Notes: generated from the letters alone by a model not told the origin. DNA of 64,000 bases from Candidatus Heimdallarchaeota archaeon (GCA_019058275.1 JAHLVW010000053.1:24424-88423), one strand, 5' to 3'; positions 9,873-20,173 are shown, counted from the first letter of the stretch. Translations and numbers: made by a program.

Positions 9873-10865
9873 GTGGCAGATAAAAATTCCATTAAAAATG
9901 AAACTAGTTTAGAATTTGATTCTGATACTAGTAAATCAAAACGTAAAGAAAGTTTTTGGATTAGATTAGACACTTTATGGAGGAATCTTAACAAAGACAT
10001 AAAGTCTGTAATTTATACTATTTTATCAATAGTTATTTTCTTATCAGTATGGGAAATTCTTTGTGTAACTAATATTTTAAGAGAGCCACAAATCTTTCGA
10101 CCAACTGATATTTTTGCTGAACTCTGGGTTTTACTAACAACAAATAGTGCAGCATTTGGTAATCTAGGTCTCCATTTACTAGCTAGTTTTACAAGAATGT
10201 TAATAGCATTTCTTATTGCTGTTATTCTTGGTTTAGGCATTGGGTTATTGATGGGCTGGAGTAAAAGAGTTTACGAATTTTTAGATCCAGTTGTAACATT
10301 CTTGATGCCGATACCGGGTATAGCATGGGCACCATTAATCTTAATTTGGATAGGATTTGAACCTTTATTTTCCAGATGGGGATGGGTTACAAGTTCTGGT
10401 TGGTGGTGGGATTATGGTTTGGGAAATCCAGTTTTGATCTTAATAGGGATTATAGCAGGTATTTTTCCAATTATACAAAATATTAGCATGGCAATTCGTG
10501 CAACTGATAAGAAATTAATTTGGGCTGCAAGAACTATGGGAGCAACTGAACAAATGGTTTTCAGGAAAGTTTTGTTCCCAAATTCTTTGCCATATCTCTT
10601 TACAGGTTTAAAATTAGGTTTAGCAAGATGCTGGAGAACGATAATAGCTACTGAATTTTTATCTGCAGCAGCTGTAGGATTAGGTTGGTTCATAATTGGC
10701 TTAAGTAAAACATTAGAGACTAGAGAAACTAAGCTGTATGTCTATGCAGGTATATTCGTCTTATCAATTGTGTTTTACTTAATTGAACAGGGTATTAAAC
10801 AGATTGAGAGACAAACAATCGAAAAATGGGGGATGGTTCGCAAAACAGAAGGAGGATTTGAATAA
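9873..10865 (+). CDS. ABC transporter permease (NitT/TauT family)
   Basis: Multi-TM ORF with the EAA-type loop IWAARTMGATEQMVFRKVLFPNSLPY. Its stop abuts the next start (TAAATG). Confidence 0.85.
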   Translation: MADKNSIKNETSLEFDSDTSKSKRKESFWIRLDTLWRNLNKDIKSVIYTILSIVIFLSVWEILCVTNILREPQIFRPTDIFAELWVLLTTNSAAFGNLGLHLLASFTRMLIAFLIAVILGLGIGLLMGWSKRVYEFLDPVVTFLMPIPGIAWAPLILIWIGFEPLFSRWGWVTSSGWWWDYGLGNPVLILIGIIAGIFPIIQNISMAIRATDKKLIWAARTMGATEQMVFRKVLFPNSLPYLFTGLKLGLARCWRTIIATEFLSAAAVGLGWFIIGLSKTLETRETKLYVYAGIFVLSIVFYLIEQGIKQIERQTIEKWGMVRKTEGGFE

Positions 10866-11795
10866 ATGAAAAAGGATTCAAACATAGAAAATACTGAAGA
10901 ACCATCAAAAGAGGTTATTAAAGATACAAGTGCTAATGGCGACGGTTCTAGATTACTAGATAAATTAAATGATGCGCCAAAGTATTTTCTAAATGTTGGT
11001 AAAACATTATTACCCTTTTTAGTCATCTTTGCTCTTCTTGAAGTTTTATTATTAATTCTTCATGCAACAATCCCAGACTTAAGTCATAATCTCTATCCAA
11101 TACCTCATGATATAATTATCTACACCTGGAAAGCTTTCTTCCCAGGTAAAGATTCTGCAGCTACATCTGTATTTATACAAATTAGCTGGAGTTTTGCTAG
11201 AGTACTTCTAGGATTTGTTATTGGGACATTAGGTGGTTTAATTATCGGAATATTGATGAGTTTAAGTAAATGGCTCTATCGATTACTAAATCCAATATTT
11301 AGCTTATCTATTTCCATTCCCACTCTTGCATGGGTCCCAATATTGTTAATCATATTCGGTTTAAATGCCAGAACAATCATTGTTACAATTGTATTAAGTT
11401 GCTTCTTCCCAATTGTTTACAGTACAACAAACGGTATTAGAAGCATTGATAAGAATTTAATTTGGGCAGCACGAATTATGGGTGCAAGTAATTTGGAAAT
11501 ATTCTTTGATGTGCTTTTACCCGGATCATTAGTTTCAGTTATTACAGGATTAAGATTAGCGATAGGCTATTCTTGGAGAGCAATTGTTGGTGCAGAAATG
11601 TTAGTTGCATTAACAGATAACATTGGTATAGGTTATTATATTGTTGGTGGACAAATAGCAAATCAAATACCACAAGTAATAATTGGTGTTTTCTTGATTG
11701 CTTTAGGTGGTTTGCTTTTAGATACTGCGTTAATGAGACCACTCGAATTGGTAACAATAAGGCGTTGGGGAATGATAGAAAAAACAAAACAATAA
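10866..11795 (+). CDS. ABC transporter permease (NitT/TauT family), second copy
   Basis: Paralogue of the preceding permease, with the loop IWAARIMGASNLEIFFDVLLPGSL. Confidence 0.85.
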   Translation: MKKDSNIENTEEPSKEVIKDTSANGDGSRLLDKLNDAPKYFLNVGKTLLPFLVIFALLEVLLLILHATIPDLSHNLYPIPHDIIIYTWKAFFPGKDSAATSVFIQISWSFARVLLGFVIGTLGGLIIGILMSLSKWLYRLLNPIFSLSISIPTLAWVPILLIIFGLNARTIIVTIVLSCFFPIVYSTTNGIRSIDKNLIWAARIMGASNLEIFFDVLLPGSLVSVITGLRLAIGYSWRAIVGAEMLVALTDNIGIGYYIVGGQIANQIPQVIIGVFLIALGGLLLDTALMRPLELVTIRRWGMIEKTKQ

Positions 11796-11807
11796 AGGTG
11801 TTAGAAA

Positions 11808-12638
11808 ATGGCAAAATATGATGATAGGAAAACAAAAATTCAAGCAACAAAACTAAGAAAAGTATTCAAAGAAAGACAGCATGAAGTTGTTGCAGTTGAA
11901 GATTTACACATTGATATTAAAGAGGGGGAATTTTCAGTTATTGTAGGACCAAGTGGATGTGGGAAATCAACTTTCCTTTATATGATAGCTGGATTTGAAA
12001 AAGTTACAGAGGGAGAATTGTTGCTTGATGGAGAGCCAGTGTTAAAACCTGGTAGAAACAGAGGATTTGTTTTCCAAGAATTTGCTTTATATCCATGGAA
12101 GACTGTAAAAGGTAATATCCGAATGCCATTAGAAATTGGTGGTGATATAAGTGAAGAGAAAATGGATGCCAAAGTTCAAGATTACATCAATCTAGTAGGA
12201 TTAGAAGGATTTGAAAATGCTTATCCTCATACCTTATCAGGTGGTATGAAACAAAGAGTTGGTTTAGCGCGTGCATTAGTTTATGATCCTGATATTTTGC
12301 TTCTTGATGAACCTTTTGGATCTTTGGATGCTCAAACAAGAAAGATTATGCAGCAAGAATTAACTAGGATTTGGCAAGAAGTGACTTCTCATAGTGAAAA
12401 GAAGACTGTTGTTTTCATTACTCACTCTGTTATTGAAGCAGTTTATCTTGCAGATAGGGTCTTTGTTATGAGTGCAAGACCTGGACATATTAAGGCAGTA
12501 ATTGATGTAACTATTCCAAGACCTAGGTCTTATACTGGAGATGAGTTCATACAAATTAGGCTAGAAGTTCTTAATCATCTCGAGGAAGAAGTACTAAAAG
12601 CAGCTGAAATGAATAAAGGAGAATTATCTGCAAAGTAA
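11808..12638 (+). CDS. ABC transporter ATP-binding protein
   Basis: Walker A GPSGCGKST, signature LSGGMKQRV, Walker B LLLDEPFGSLD, H-loop ITHS. Confidence 0.95.
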   Translation: MAKYDDRKTKIQATKLRKVFKERQHEVVAVEDLHIDIKEGEFSVIVGPSGCGKSTFLYMIAGFEKVTEGELLLDGEPVLKPGRNRGFVFQEFALYPWKTVKGNIRMPLEIGGDISEEKMDAKVQDYINLVGLEGFENAYPHTLSGGMKQRVGLARALVYDPDILLLDEPFGSLDAQTRKIMQQELTRIWQEVTSHSEKKTVVFITHSVIEAVYLADRVFVMSARPGHIKAVIDVTIPRPRSYTGDEFIQIRLEVLNHLEEEVLKAAEMNKGELSAK

Positions 12639-12651
12639 AAGCCTATTTTGG

Positions 12652-13245
12652 TTATATCTTTGGTTGAGCCTTTTTCAAGGCATTAACTAAAGATTCTTTA
12701 CTAAAAGCTATACCTATCACAGGAATTTCTAAAATTCTTTTCAAGGTGTTAGCAGCTACTGGACCACAAACAATTGCGTCCACACCGTCTCTGACTGCTC
12801 TAACACCAAGTATAATTCCTTCTTCAATAGTATTGGCTAAATATTCTCTTATTCTAATTGTTTCACCATCAATTTCTATAACATTGCCAAATTCATCAAG
12901 AACATCTCTGGAGGTAATTAATCCAATAACCTTTCCCTGAAGTTGCTCTTTTTTCTCCTCTTCTCTTACAAAAGTAATCAGTTTCTTAAAGGTTGATAAC
13001 CGAGTATCAGCTTCAGCTGAACTCAATTTATACATAGTGCTTATCGGAATATTGGCTTTTTCAGCTAATTCCTTCAATGTTAGATTTAATTCTTGGGAGA
13101 CACTTTTTAATATTTCAGCAAAAAGGGTAGTATCATCTACAATTGCGTATAATAATTGCTTCCACAAAGGTAAAGCTGAATCTGAATAAAGATTTGACAC
13201 ATTAATTCTTCCAGAGTTTTCTATCTTCCTTTTGATTAAATACAA
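12652..13245 (-). CDS. HTH-domain putative transcriptional regulator with an uncharacterised C-terminal domain
   Basis: XRE-like HTH LTLKELAEKANIPISTMYKLSS, followed by a roughly 90-aa domain (IGLITSRDVLDEF...VCGPVAANTLK). The family is uncertain. Confidence 0.5.
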   Translation of the reverse strand: MYLIKRKIENSGRINVSNLYSDSALPLWKQLLYAIVDDTTLFAEILKSVSQELNLTLKELAEKANIPISTMYKLSSAEADTRLSTFKKLITFVREEEKKEQLQGKVIGLITSRDVLDEFGNVIEIDGETIRIREYLANTIEEGIILGVRAVRDGVDAIVCGPVAANTLKRILEIPVIGIAFSKESLVNALKKAQPKI

Positions 13246-13350
13246 CTCTATATAATTTTTGTATAGATTCCTATAATTAGACTTAAATAAAAAATCATAG
13301 TGATTTCATAAAGGGAACATATTTATTAACAGTTCAGAGAAGATTTAACA

Positions 13351-14214
13351 ATGAGCAAAAAAAAAGTCGTCGTAGTAATTTCTGCGAGAAATGAAGAGAA
13401 TTTTATTTCTAAAACAATTGATAGTTTACTTGCTCAAGATTTACCACCTGAATTAATTGTAGTTGTTGATGACGGTAGCACAGATAATACAGCTAATATA
13501 GTTAGAAAATATGAGAAAAAAGGAGTAGTTTTAATCATGAGGGAAGATCGTATAGGTGATCCCAGTCTTTTAGGAACACCAATGATGGCTATTCCATTCT
13601 ATATAGCATTTAAGTATATTGAGAATTCAAATACAGATTTTGATTATATTATGATTTCTGGGGCAGATTGTGTTTATCAAACTAATTATATTGAAAAGCT
13701 TACAAAAAGATTGGATGAAAAGCTAAAATTGGTTATTGTTTCAGGATTTCAACATGGTGAGAGTTTGAATAGAGATCATGCTCGTGGAGCTGGAAGGATT
13801 ATTAAGAAAAGTTTCTGGCAAATTTATGGTTCAAAATATCCGTATCCTTCTTATTTGTGGGAAAGTGGAATTATATTCACTGCACAAATGCATGGTTTGC
13901 AAGTCAGAGGTTATCGGGATGTATTCTTTACTTCTCAAAGAATAAGTGGAACAAATATTAACATGATTAGATATGGTCGAATGTTAAGAGCAATCAAATA
14001 CCCATTTTTAATTGTAATAGGACGAGCTGTAAGAATTATTAAGAAGACAGGAATAAAATCAGCAATTGACTTGCTTGCAGGATATTGTCTGAAACCCATA
14101 CAGTCTTTTAAAGTAGACAGAAAAATTAGTGAATTTATTTCAAAGCATTATCTAATACAAAAAATACGTAATTTTTTTCTAAGATATGATAAGAATAATT
14201 TAAAGAGCATTTAA
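13351..14214 (+). CDS. Family 2 glycosyltransferase
   Basis: VVVISARNEENFISKTIDSLLAQ...IVVVDDGSTDNT (GT-A DxD region). Confidence 0.85.
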   Translation: MSKKKVVVVISARNEENFISKTIDSLLAQDLPPELIVVVDDGSTDNTANIVRKYEKKGVVLIMREDRIGDPSLLGTPMMAIPFYIAFKYIENSNTDFDYIMISGADCVYQTNYIEKLTKRLDEKLKLVIVSGFQHGESLNRDHARGAGRIIKKSFWQIYGSKYPYPSYLWESGIIFTAQMHGLQVRGYRDVFFTSQRISGTNINMIRYGRMLRAIKYPFLIVIGRAVRIIKKTGIKSAIDLLAGYCLKPIQSFKVDRKISEFISKHYLIQKIRNFFLRYDKNNLKSI

Positions 14215-14220
14215 ACCCTA

Positions 14221-15363
14221 GTGAACAAAATGAATAGAGTACTCCTAGTAACCCACAGTTTAACTCCTGATAAACGAATTGATCAAGAGGCAATGTCATT
14301 AGTGGAAGCTGGGTATGAAGTCTATTTGATTTGTAGAGGTAAAAAGAAAGATAAAATTCCTGAATTTTACAAAGAAATTTTCCTTGTTCATCTTACAAGA
14401 AAACAAATGGCTTATTTTCCAGGTGCTGTAAGAAAAGCACGAATGAAATACACAGAGTTAATAGAGAATGTCAAACCGGACATAATTCATGCAAATGATC
14501 TTCCAGCAGCAAACATTGTAAGAAAGATCATACCGAAAGGTGTGAAGTTTATTTATGATGACCATGAAGTATGGGAATTATATTATAAGCTATATGCTGA
14601 ACGAACTGCTGATTGGTTTAAAAAAATTCAAAGAAAATATTTGCAATTAATAGCAAAATATCTTTCTAGAAAAGTAATGAAACAAGCAGATTTAGTAATT
14701 TTTGTGAATGAATATTGGGTTAAATTTTATAAGAAAAAAGGCATAAATCCTAATAAAATTATTTTTATTGAAAATTTTCCCATGAAGAAGGATATTGATA
14801 CTGCTCTTAGTACTAACATTGACTTAGATGAATTCTTTAAGAAAGATCCCCGTAAGAAAATTGTTACAGCCTCTAAATTTGCTAAATTATCCGAGGGAAC
14901 ATTGAGAAACATTGACAATATCGCAAAAGCGGTCAATGAGCTTGATGATTGGGTTATTGTCAATTTTGGTGTTTCTGATGAAAAATATAAGAAGTTGGGT
15001 GTAGTTTCTGTTGGATTCAAACCCAGATTTGAGTTCATTGCTAGTTGTAGTAAATGTGACATAATTCTTAATCCTCTAATTTTAGATGAGCTTATGCACC
15101 ATAGCTCACCAAACAGACTTTTTGAAGCAGCTTTGTTAGGTGTAAGGATTATTTCATCAAAAGTGAAAACCTTAGTGGATAAATTTGATGATTTACTAAT
15201 CTGGGTTAATTCTGATACACCAAAAGAAGATGTAAAGAAAATTTTGAAGAATGTAGATGAATATCCTTCTGGAGAAGAAATCCGAAAAGTAGCTCAGATA
15301 TTTACTTGGGAAAATGAAGGAAAGAAACTGATTGCAAAGTATAATGAATTAAGCACTAACTGA
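14221..15363 (+). CDS. GT-B (GT4-like) glycosyltransferase
   Basis: N-terminal domain RVLLVTHSL...KPDIIHANDL...DDHEVWE and a C-terminal FEAALLGVRIISS (EAxxxG-like). The track gives a GTG start; ATG at 14230 is an alternative. Confidence 0.6.
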   Translation: MNKMNRVLLVTHSLTPDKRIDQEAMSLVEAGYEVYLICRGKKKDKIPEFYKEIFLVHLTRKQMAYFPGAVRKARMKYTELIENVKPDIIHANDLPAANIVRKIIPKGVKFIYDDHEVWELYYKLYAERTADWFKKIQRKYLQLIAKYLSRKVMKQADLVIFVNEYWVKFYKKKGINPNKIIFIENFPMKKDIDTALSTNIDLDEFFKKDPRKKIVTASKFAKLSEGTLRNIDNIAKAVNELDDWVIVNFGVSDEKYKKLGVVSVGFKPRFEFIASCSKCDIILNPLILDELMHHSSPNRLFEAALLGVRIISSKVKTLVDKFDDLLIWVNSDTPKEDVKKILKNVDEYPSGEEIRKVAQIFTWENEGKKLIAKYNELSTN

Positions 15364-15372
15364 ATATCAGGT

Positions 15373-16425
15373 TTACATTGATTCTTCTATTATCTTTACA
15401 ATTCTTTTACTGGTATCCTCATAACCGTAAAGGTTCTCATCAAAGTCTATGTCCTTCGTTGTGATTTCTTCAAATCTTTGATGTATAGTATTAGGTTCTG
15501 CCAAGAAATTACCACCACTTCTGATAGTTTCAAGCCATTCAGTACTATCCCTTACAGTAATACAAGGTGTTTGATTCCAATAAGCTTCTTTTTGAACACC
15601 ACCAGAATCAGTGATTACAATTTTTGCTTCTCTTAATAATTTTGTAAACTGAAGATAACCTAGAGGTTCAACTACAATCAATTTTTCTTTTACTTTATCA
15701 AATAAATCAAGTTCAATCAATTTACTTTTCGTTCGAGGATGAATAGGTAAGATTATCGGTTTTTTAATTTTAAATAAATCTTGAACTATAATGGGTAATC
15801 TTTCTTGATTGGTATTTTCAGCTTGGTGAATGGTTAAAAAGATAAATTCATCGGGCAATTCAAAATCAATTTTAATATTTTCAACTTGCTTTTTCATTTT
15901 CATAGCAATTTCAAACATTGTATCCCCTACAGAGTAAACATCTGATGTTATACCCTCGTTTTGCAAATTTTCTATTGCCACATTTGTTGGGCAAAATAAA
16001 AGATTAGAACAATGATCTGTTAAAATACGGTTGATTTCTTCAGGCATTCGTTTATCAAAACTTCTTAAACCAGCTTCCAAATGACCTAATTTTACATGGA
16101 GTTTTGTTGCTGCTAATGCTCCACCTAAAGTTGAATTTGTATCACCAGGTACAAGCACTAAATCAGGTTCCTCTTTTAGGATTACATCTTCAACTCGTTT
16201 TAATATCTCTCCAGTTTGATAGCCATGTAGACCAGAACCAATGTCCAAATTGTAATCAGGCATTTTCTTACTAAGTTCTTGAAAGAATACATCAGACATT
16301 TGAATATCATAATGTTGCCCTGTATGAACAAGAATGTGTTCATGTTTGTTTTCAATAATAGCATCTATAAGAGGAAACATTTTGATGAAATTAGGTCTTG
16401 CTCCAACGATTGACAGAATTTTCAA
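15373..16425 (-). CDS. wecB: UDP-N-acetylglucosamine 2-epimerase (non-hydrolysing)
   Basis: MKILSIVGARPNFIKMFPL, HTGQHYD, GDTNSTLGGALAA, ILPIHPRT and TDSGGVQKEA are all family-typical segments. Confidence 0.92.
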   Translation of the reverse strand: MKILSIVGARPNFIKMFPLIDAIIENKHEHILVHTGQHYDIQMSDVFFQELSKKMPDYNLDIGSGLHGYQTGEILKRVEDVILKEEPDLVLVPGDTNSTLGGALAATKLHVKLGHLEAGLRSFDKRMPEEINRILTDHCSNLLFCPTNVAIENLQNEGITSDVYSVGDTMFEIAMKMKKQVENIKIDFELPDEFIFLTIHQAENTNQERLPIIVQDLFKIKKPIILPIHPRTKSKLIELDLFDKVKEKLIVVEPLGYLQFTKLLREAKIVITDSGGVQKEAYWNQTPCITVRDSTEWLETIRSGGNFLAEPNTIHQRFEEITTKDIDFDENLYGYEDTSKRIVKIIEESM

Positions 16426-16661
16426 AGTGAATTACCACATTATAGTTTTAATGAATATTATCAATTTAACATTTCGATTTCTAAAAGAGTTAATAATTCT
16501 TTCTGAGCGATTTTGATTGCTCTATTACTCATAAACAATGTAAATATTTATCTAAATGCTAGTGAATAAAAACGATTATTTTGTTAGCTAACTATTGAAG
16601 AAAAGCTAAAATGGCAAATAAAATTTATACTTAATAAAGACAACAATACTGATGTGAAATA

Positions 16662-17006
16662 ATGGGTAAAATTCTAATGCTAAAACACAGCGATCTACCA
16701 GATAATAGAGCAGATCGAGAAGCTGTAGCATTAAAAAAAGCAGAGCACAATGTCTTTATGATTTGCACAGGGGTAAAGAACAAAGATTCTGATGACATTT
16801 ACGAAAAGATTTTCTTTGTGGATAGGAATGGCAAAGTAAAATTTTATCTGCGTAAAGAAGTGAAAAAAGTAGCACAAAAATACCAACAAGTGATTGATGA
16901 AATAAAACCAGATATTGTTCATGCTCACGATATTGTTACAGCAAATGTTGTTAGATATTTAGATAAGAAAAATTGGTTTTTTGTCTATGACAATCATGAA
17001 GTTTAG
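16662..17006 (+). pseudogene. Remnant of a GT4-like glycosyltransferase (paralogue of 14221-15363)
   Basis: The 114 aa align with the N-terminus of the 14221 product (KPDIVHAHDI..DNHEV vs KPDIIHANDL..DDHEV). TAG at 17004-17006 sits where the paralogue has Trp (HEVWELY vs HEV*ELY). Homology is lost about 20 codons later. Confidence 0.7.
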
Positions 17007-17094
17007 GAATTATACAAAAAAGGGGATTTGAAAGAATTAAGTTTAAGATTAAATTTTTAAACAAGTAGTTCAGTTTAAAGTTGGAAAAATTGTT

Positions 17095-18300
17095 GTGAAC
17101 AATATGGCAGTTTTAATAACAGATGGAGCTTACAAAAATGCTTTAGCTATTCTTAGAGCTTTAGCAACAAATGATGTAGAGGTTTACTGCTCAAGTACGA
17201 AAAAAAAGTCTGTCAGTTTTTATTCTAAATACTGTAAGAAGCACTTTATTTATTCAAATCCTGCTTCTCAACCTGAGAAATTTAAGAAAGAAATGTTGTC
17301 CATTGTTAAAAACTATGATATTGATGTTTTAATACCAGTAGGTGTATCTACAACTGCATTGATTTCTCAGCAAAAATCTGATTTAGAGAAATATACTCGT
17401 GTACCAGTTGCTGACTACCAAGACTTTGCTAAAGCGCATGATAAGCAAATTGCTAACGATATTGCTCGAGACAATAAGGTTCCAGTACCATTAACATATA
17501 CTCCTACAACCGAGTCAGAGCTAAAAAAACATCTGAAAGAACTTGGTTTACCAGTTATGTTAAAAGCACGAAAAGGAAGCGGAATTTTTAGCTTAGCAAG
17601 AACTAAATCTGAAGCATTTAAAATTTGGAGAAATTACGAGAAGAAATCTAAAGAAACGAAAAGCATTGGGATAACAGATTATTTACCAGTTATTCAAGAA
17701 TACTTGTCAGGAGAGATAATAGATGTCTTATTTGTCTTCAATAAAGGTCAACTTAGAGGATTATTAACACAAAGACGATTTTTGACCTTACCTCCAGAAG
17801 GTGGAGTAGGAGCACTAAATATTACAGTAAATGATCCTCAAACTGCTCGACATGCAGCTAATCTAATGAAAGCATTAAATTGGCACGGAGTAGGTATGGC
17901 AGAATTTAAACGAGATGTTAATGGTGTTCCAAAATTAATAGAAATTAATCCAAAGTTTTGGGGAACAAGTGAAGTATCAATAGCTGCAGAAATGAATTTC
18001 CCATATATGCTTTACAAGATAGCCATGGATGGTGATATAAAACCAAAATTCAGTTTCTTGTATCCAAAGAGATTTGGTTGGCCAGTTCCAATGGGTGTGA
18101 AACAAATAATTGAATCTGATACACCAATTGAATCATTAAAAGAATATTTGAAGCTTTTTACAGAAGCAAATAGTCATGACATCAGATTGTTGTCAGATCC
18201 AAAACCATTTTCATTTCAACTTTATCAAACAGCAAAAGTGATTTTGAATAAAATACTTCAAAGCAGATCAAAGAGGATTGATTTAGACAGCTTCCGTTAA
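17095..18300 (+). CDS. ATP-grasp domain carboxylate-amine ligase-like protein
   Basis: GLPVMLKARKGSG, VIQEYLSGE and GVGMAEFKRD..GVPKLIEINPKFWG. The likely true start is ATG 17104 (MAVLITDG). Confidence 0.75.
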   Translation: MNNMAVLITDGAYKNALAILRALATNDVEVYCSSTKKKSVSFYSKYCKKHFIYSNPASQPEKFKKEMLSIVKNYDIDVLIPVGVSTTALISQQKSDLEKYTRVPVADYQDFAKAHDKQIANDIARDNKVPVPLTYTPTTESELKKHLKELGLPVMLKARKGSGIFSLARTKSEAFKIWRNYEKKSKETKSIGITDYLPVIQEYLSGEIIDVLFVFNKGQLRGLLTQRRFLTLPPEGGVGALNITVNDPQTARHAANLMKALNWHGVGMAEFKRDVNGVPKLIEINPKFWGTSEVSIAAEMNFPYMLYKIAMDGDIKPKFSFLYPKRFGWPVPMGVKQIIESDTPIESLKEYLKLFTEANSHDIRLLSDPKPFSFQLYQTAKVILNKILQSRSKRIDLDSFR

Positions 18301-19715
18301 TTTTGCTCTTCTTTTATTTTACAATAGCCCAAAATCTTCTTGTAAATTGAACGCCAAGGATATTGAAATTGTTCAAATGAATGATTATGAACTAGAAATA
18401 CAAATGTACCTTTATAGAAAGAAATTACATCTATTTGTTTCTTGATAGCATCTAAAACTTTCTGAGGTTTATCCAATTCAGGATAATTATCGATTATTGT
18501 CATATCCATTATTATGAGTGGGTACTCTTTTATGTTTAATTTTCTGTTTTCCAAGATATCAAAGAAATAGTAAGGATAACAAGTACCAGCTCTATAACCA
18601 TAGCATTTTGAGTAACCTAAAGAAGAATCATGGACCAAATTTGCTTTCTCATAATTCCTGAGTGATTCAGGTACTTTAATTCTTAAGTAATGGTTTCTAA
18701 CCCCAAAGTTTTCTGAATCTATAATATCTTTTAGGATGTTTTTCTCTTTGAGTAGTTGATCAAAATCTAAATATGAGCTGTAGGAAGAATGAAGACCAAC
18801 CTTGTGACCTTTCTCAATTATTTTCTTAATAATTCCTCTAACCTTAGCTGAATAAGGATCATATCTATTATCTAACTTTGATGTACCATTAAGAAGAAAA
18901 TAGAAAGTTGATTGAAAACCATATTTCTCAGATGTGAATAGAATATAGTTGAATGTGTTTTTACGTAATGTAAAAATCCAAGCGAAATTTCGCCATAATT
19001 CACTAAGAAAACCTCTAAGTGATTTTTTTCTGACAATCTGACTGATAATAGATCTAACCCGTTTCTTAAAAGTACCCAGCTTTAAATCATCGATGTCATG
19101 AGTTAGAAATAGTTGAAAATTCATTTCCTTTCTTTTTAATACTGGTTGCAGTTTCTTCAGTAAAAACCATAACAATTCAACATACTCATTAACTATTGGT
19201 CTCTCAAGATAATTCTCGATATAAGCTAAGCTCTTTTTACAAGGGAAATTAGCATCTTCATCAGTTATTTGATTGACAATTTCTTCATATCTTGTCAGCA
19301 TAAAGAATGCTGAAGCAAAGAAATCGACATTTGTAATGATTTTTTCTTGTGAATAATCAATGAATGGTTTTTGTGGTTCTTTTTGTTCTCCAGAATAAAT
19401 AATTGGTAATTCATCAAAATCAATAATATCTAACAAATCCTTATTTCGATATTTCTGTAATGGTGAAGGTGGTAAAGAATCCTTTTCCAGATAATTATCA
19501 ATCCAAATTTTGTTGCTATAAATAATTAAATCAAAATCATTCTCGTTTTTTTTGTCAAATCCATAATAAATCTTGATTAAATGTTTAGAATCCTTTTGAT
19601 AATCATTAATACTAATTAAATCATATTTAAGACCAAGAAAATCCTCTAGTAGAGTATTAATAACATATTGTACTGAAGGTTGATTAATTTCCGAATCAAT
19701 AGCAACTAAAATCAT
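18297..19715 (-). CDS. Polysaccharide deacetylase-like protein with an N-terminal uncharacterised domain
   Basis: FLTHDIDD, GLHSSYSSY, GVRNHYLR and HDSSLGY..YGYRAGTCYPY resemble a divergent carbohydrate-esterase/deacetylase family. Assigned from memory of the motif pattern only. Confidence 0.55.
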   Translation of the reverse strand: MILVAIDSEINQPSVQYVINTLLEDFLGLKYDLISINDYQKDSKHLIKIYYGFDKKNENDFDLIIYSNKIWIDNYLEKDSLPPSPLQKYRNKDLLDIIDFDELPIIYSGEQKEPQKPFIDYSQEKIITNVDFFASAFFMLTRYEEIVNQITDEDANFPCKKSLAYIENYLERPIVNEYVELLWFLLKKLQPVLKRKEMNFQLFLTHDIDDLKLGTFKKRVRSIISQIVRKKSLRGFLSELWRNFAWIFTLRKNTFNYILFTSEKYGFQSTFYFLLNGTSKLDNRYDPYSAKVRGIIKKIIEKGHKVGLHSSYSSYLDFDQLLKEKNILKDIIDSENFGVRNHYLRIKVPESLRNYEKANLVHDSSLGYSKCYGYRAGTCYPYYFFDILENRKLNIKEYPLIIMDMTIIDNYPELDKPQKVLDAIKKQIDVISFYKGTFVFLVHNHSFEQFQYPWRSIYKKILGYCKIKEEQN

Positions 19716-20008
19716 TTCGAGTAATCCATTATTATTGTACTATAAATGATATATATCATAAGAAAGTACTATTTATCATTAGCTTTTTCTTTTATCTTTT
19801 TTTCTCTTTAGCTTTTATTTGTTTATTTCTAGAAGAACGTCTAATTCAATACTAATATCTTCTAATTCTAATTTTTCATGTTGTATTTTAATTCTATCCA
19901 ACCTATCCTTTTCAGCCATTTTGAAGCTTTTAGCACTTTTTTTGCCATGTTAGTTTTCTCCAAAATTAAAATATCAGCTTTTAGGTTGTTTTAACTCTAT
20001 TTCTCTTG

Positions 20009-20048
20009 CAAGAATTTATTGTTAAATTATATAGGGATTTCTATTTTA
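20009..20048 (+). promoter_or_regulatory. Conserved 40-nt promoter-region element, copy 1 (CAAGAATTTATTGTTAAATTATATAGGGATTTCTATTTTA)
   Basis: 39/40 identical to 23709-23748. It contains a TTAAATTATATA BRE/TATA-like core and lies about 125 nt upstream of the A1 start codon. Confidence 0.6.
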
Positions 20049-20173
20049 TGGAGAAATAAAAAGAACCTAGCTGTTAAGCAACTAGATAGCTTAATCATAA
20101 GCAAGAAAAATTTTTAAATTTGTACCAAAAAGTACAATTAATTGATAGTTAATCAATTCATTAAGTTAAGTGA

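Noticed and set aside
18297-18300. Convergent ATP-grasp and deacetylase-like genes sharing a TTAA in which both stop codons overlap
   Set aside because: It is real but trivial: a compact convergent gene end in an AT-rich genome. It is mentioned under the glycan-cluster finding only.
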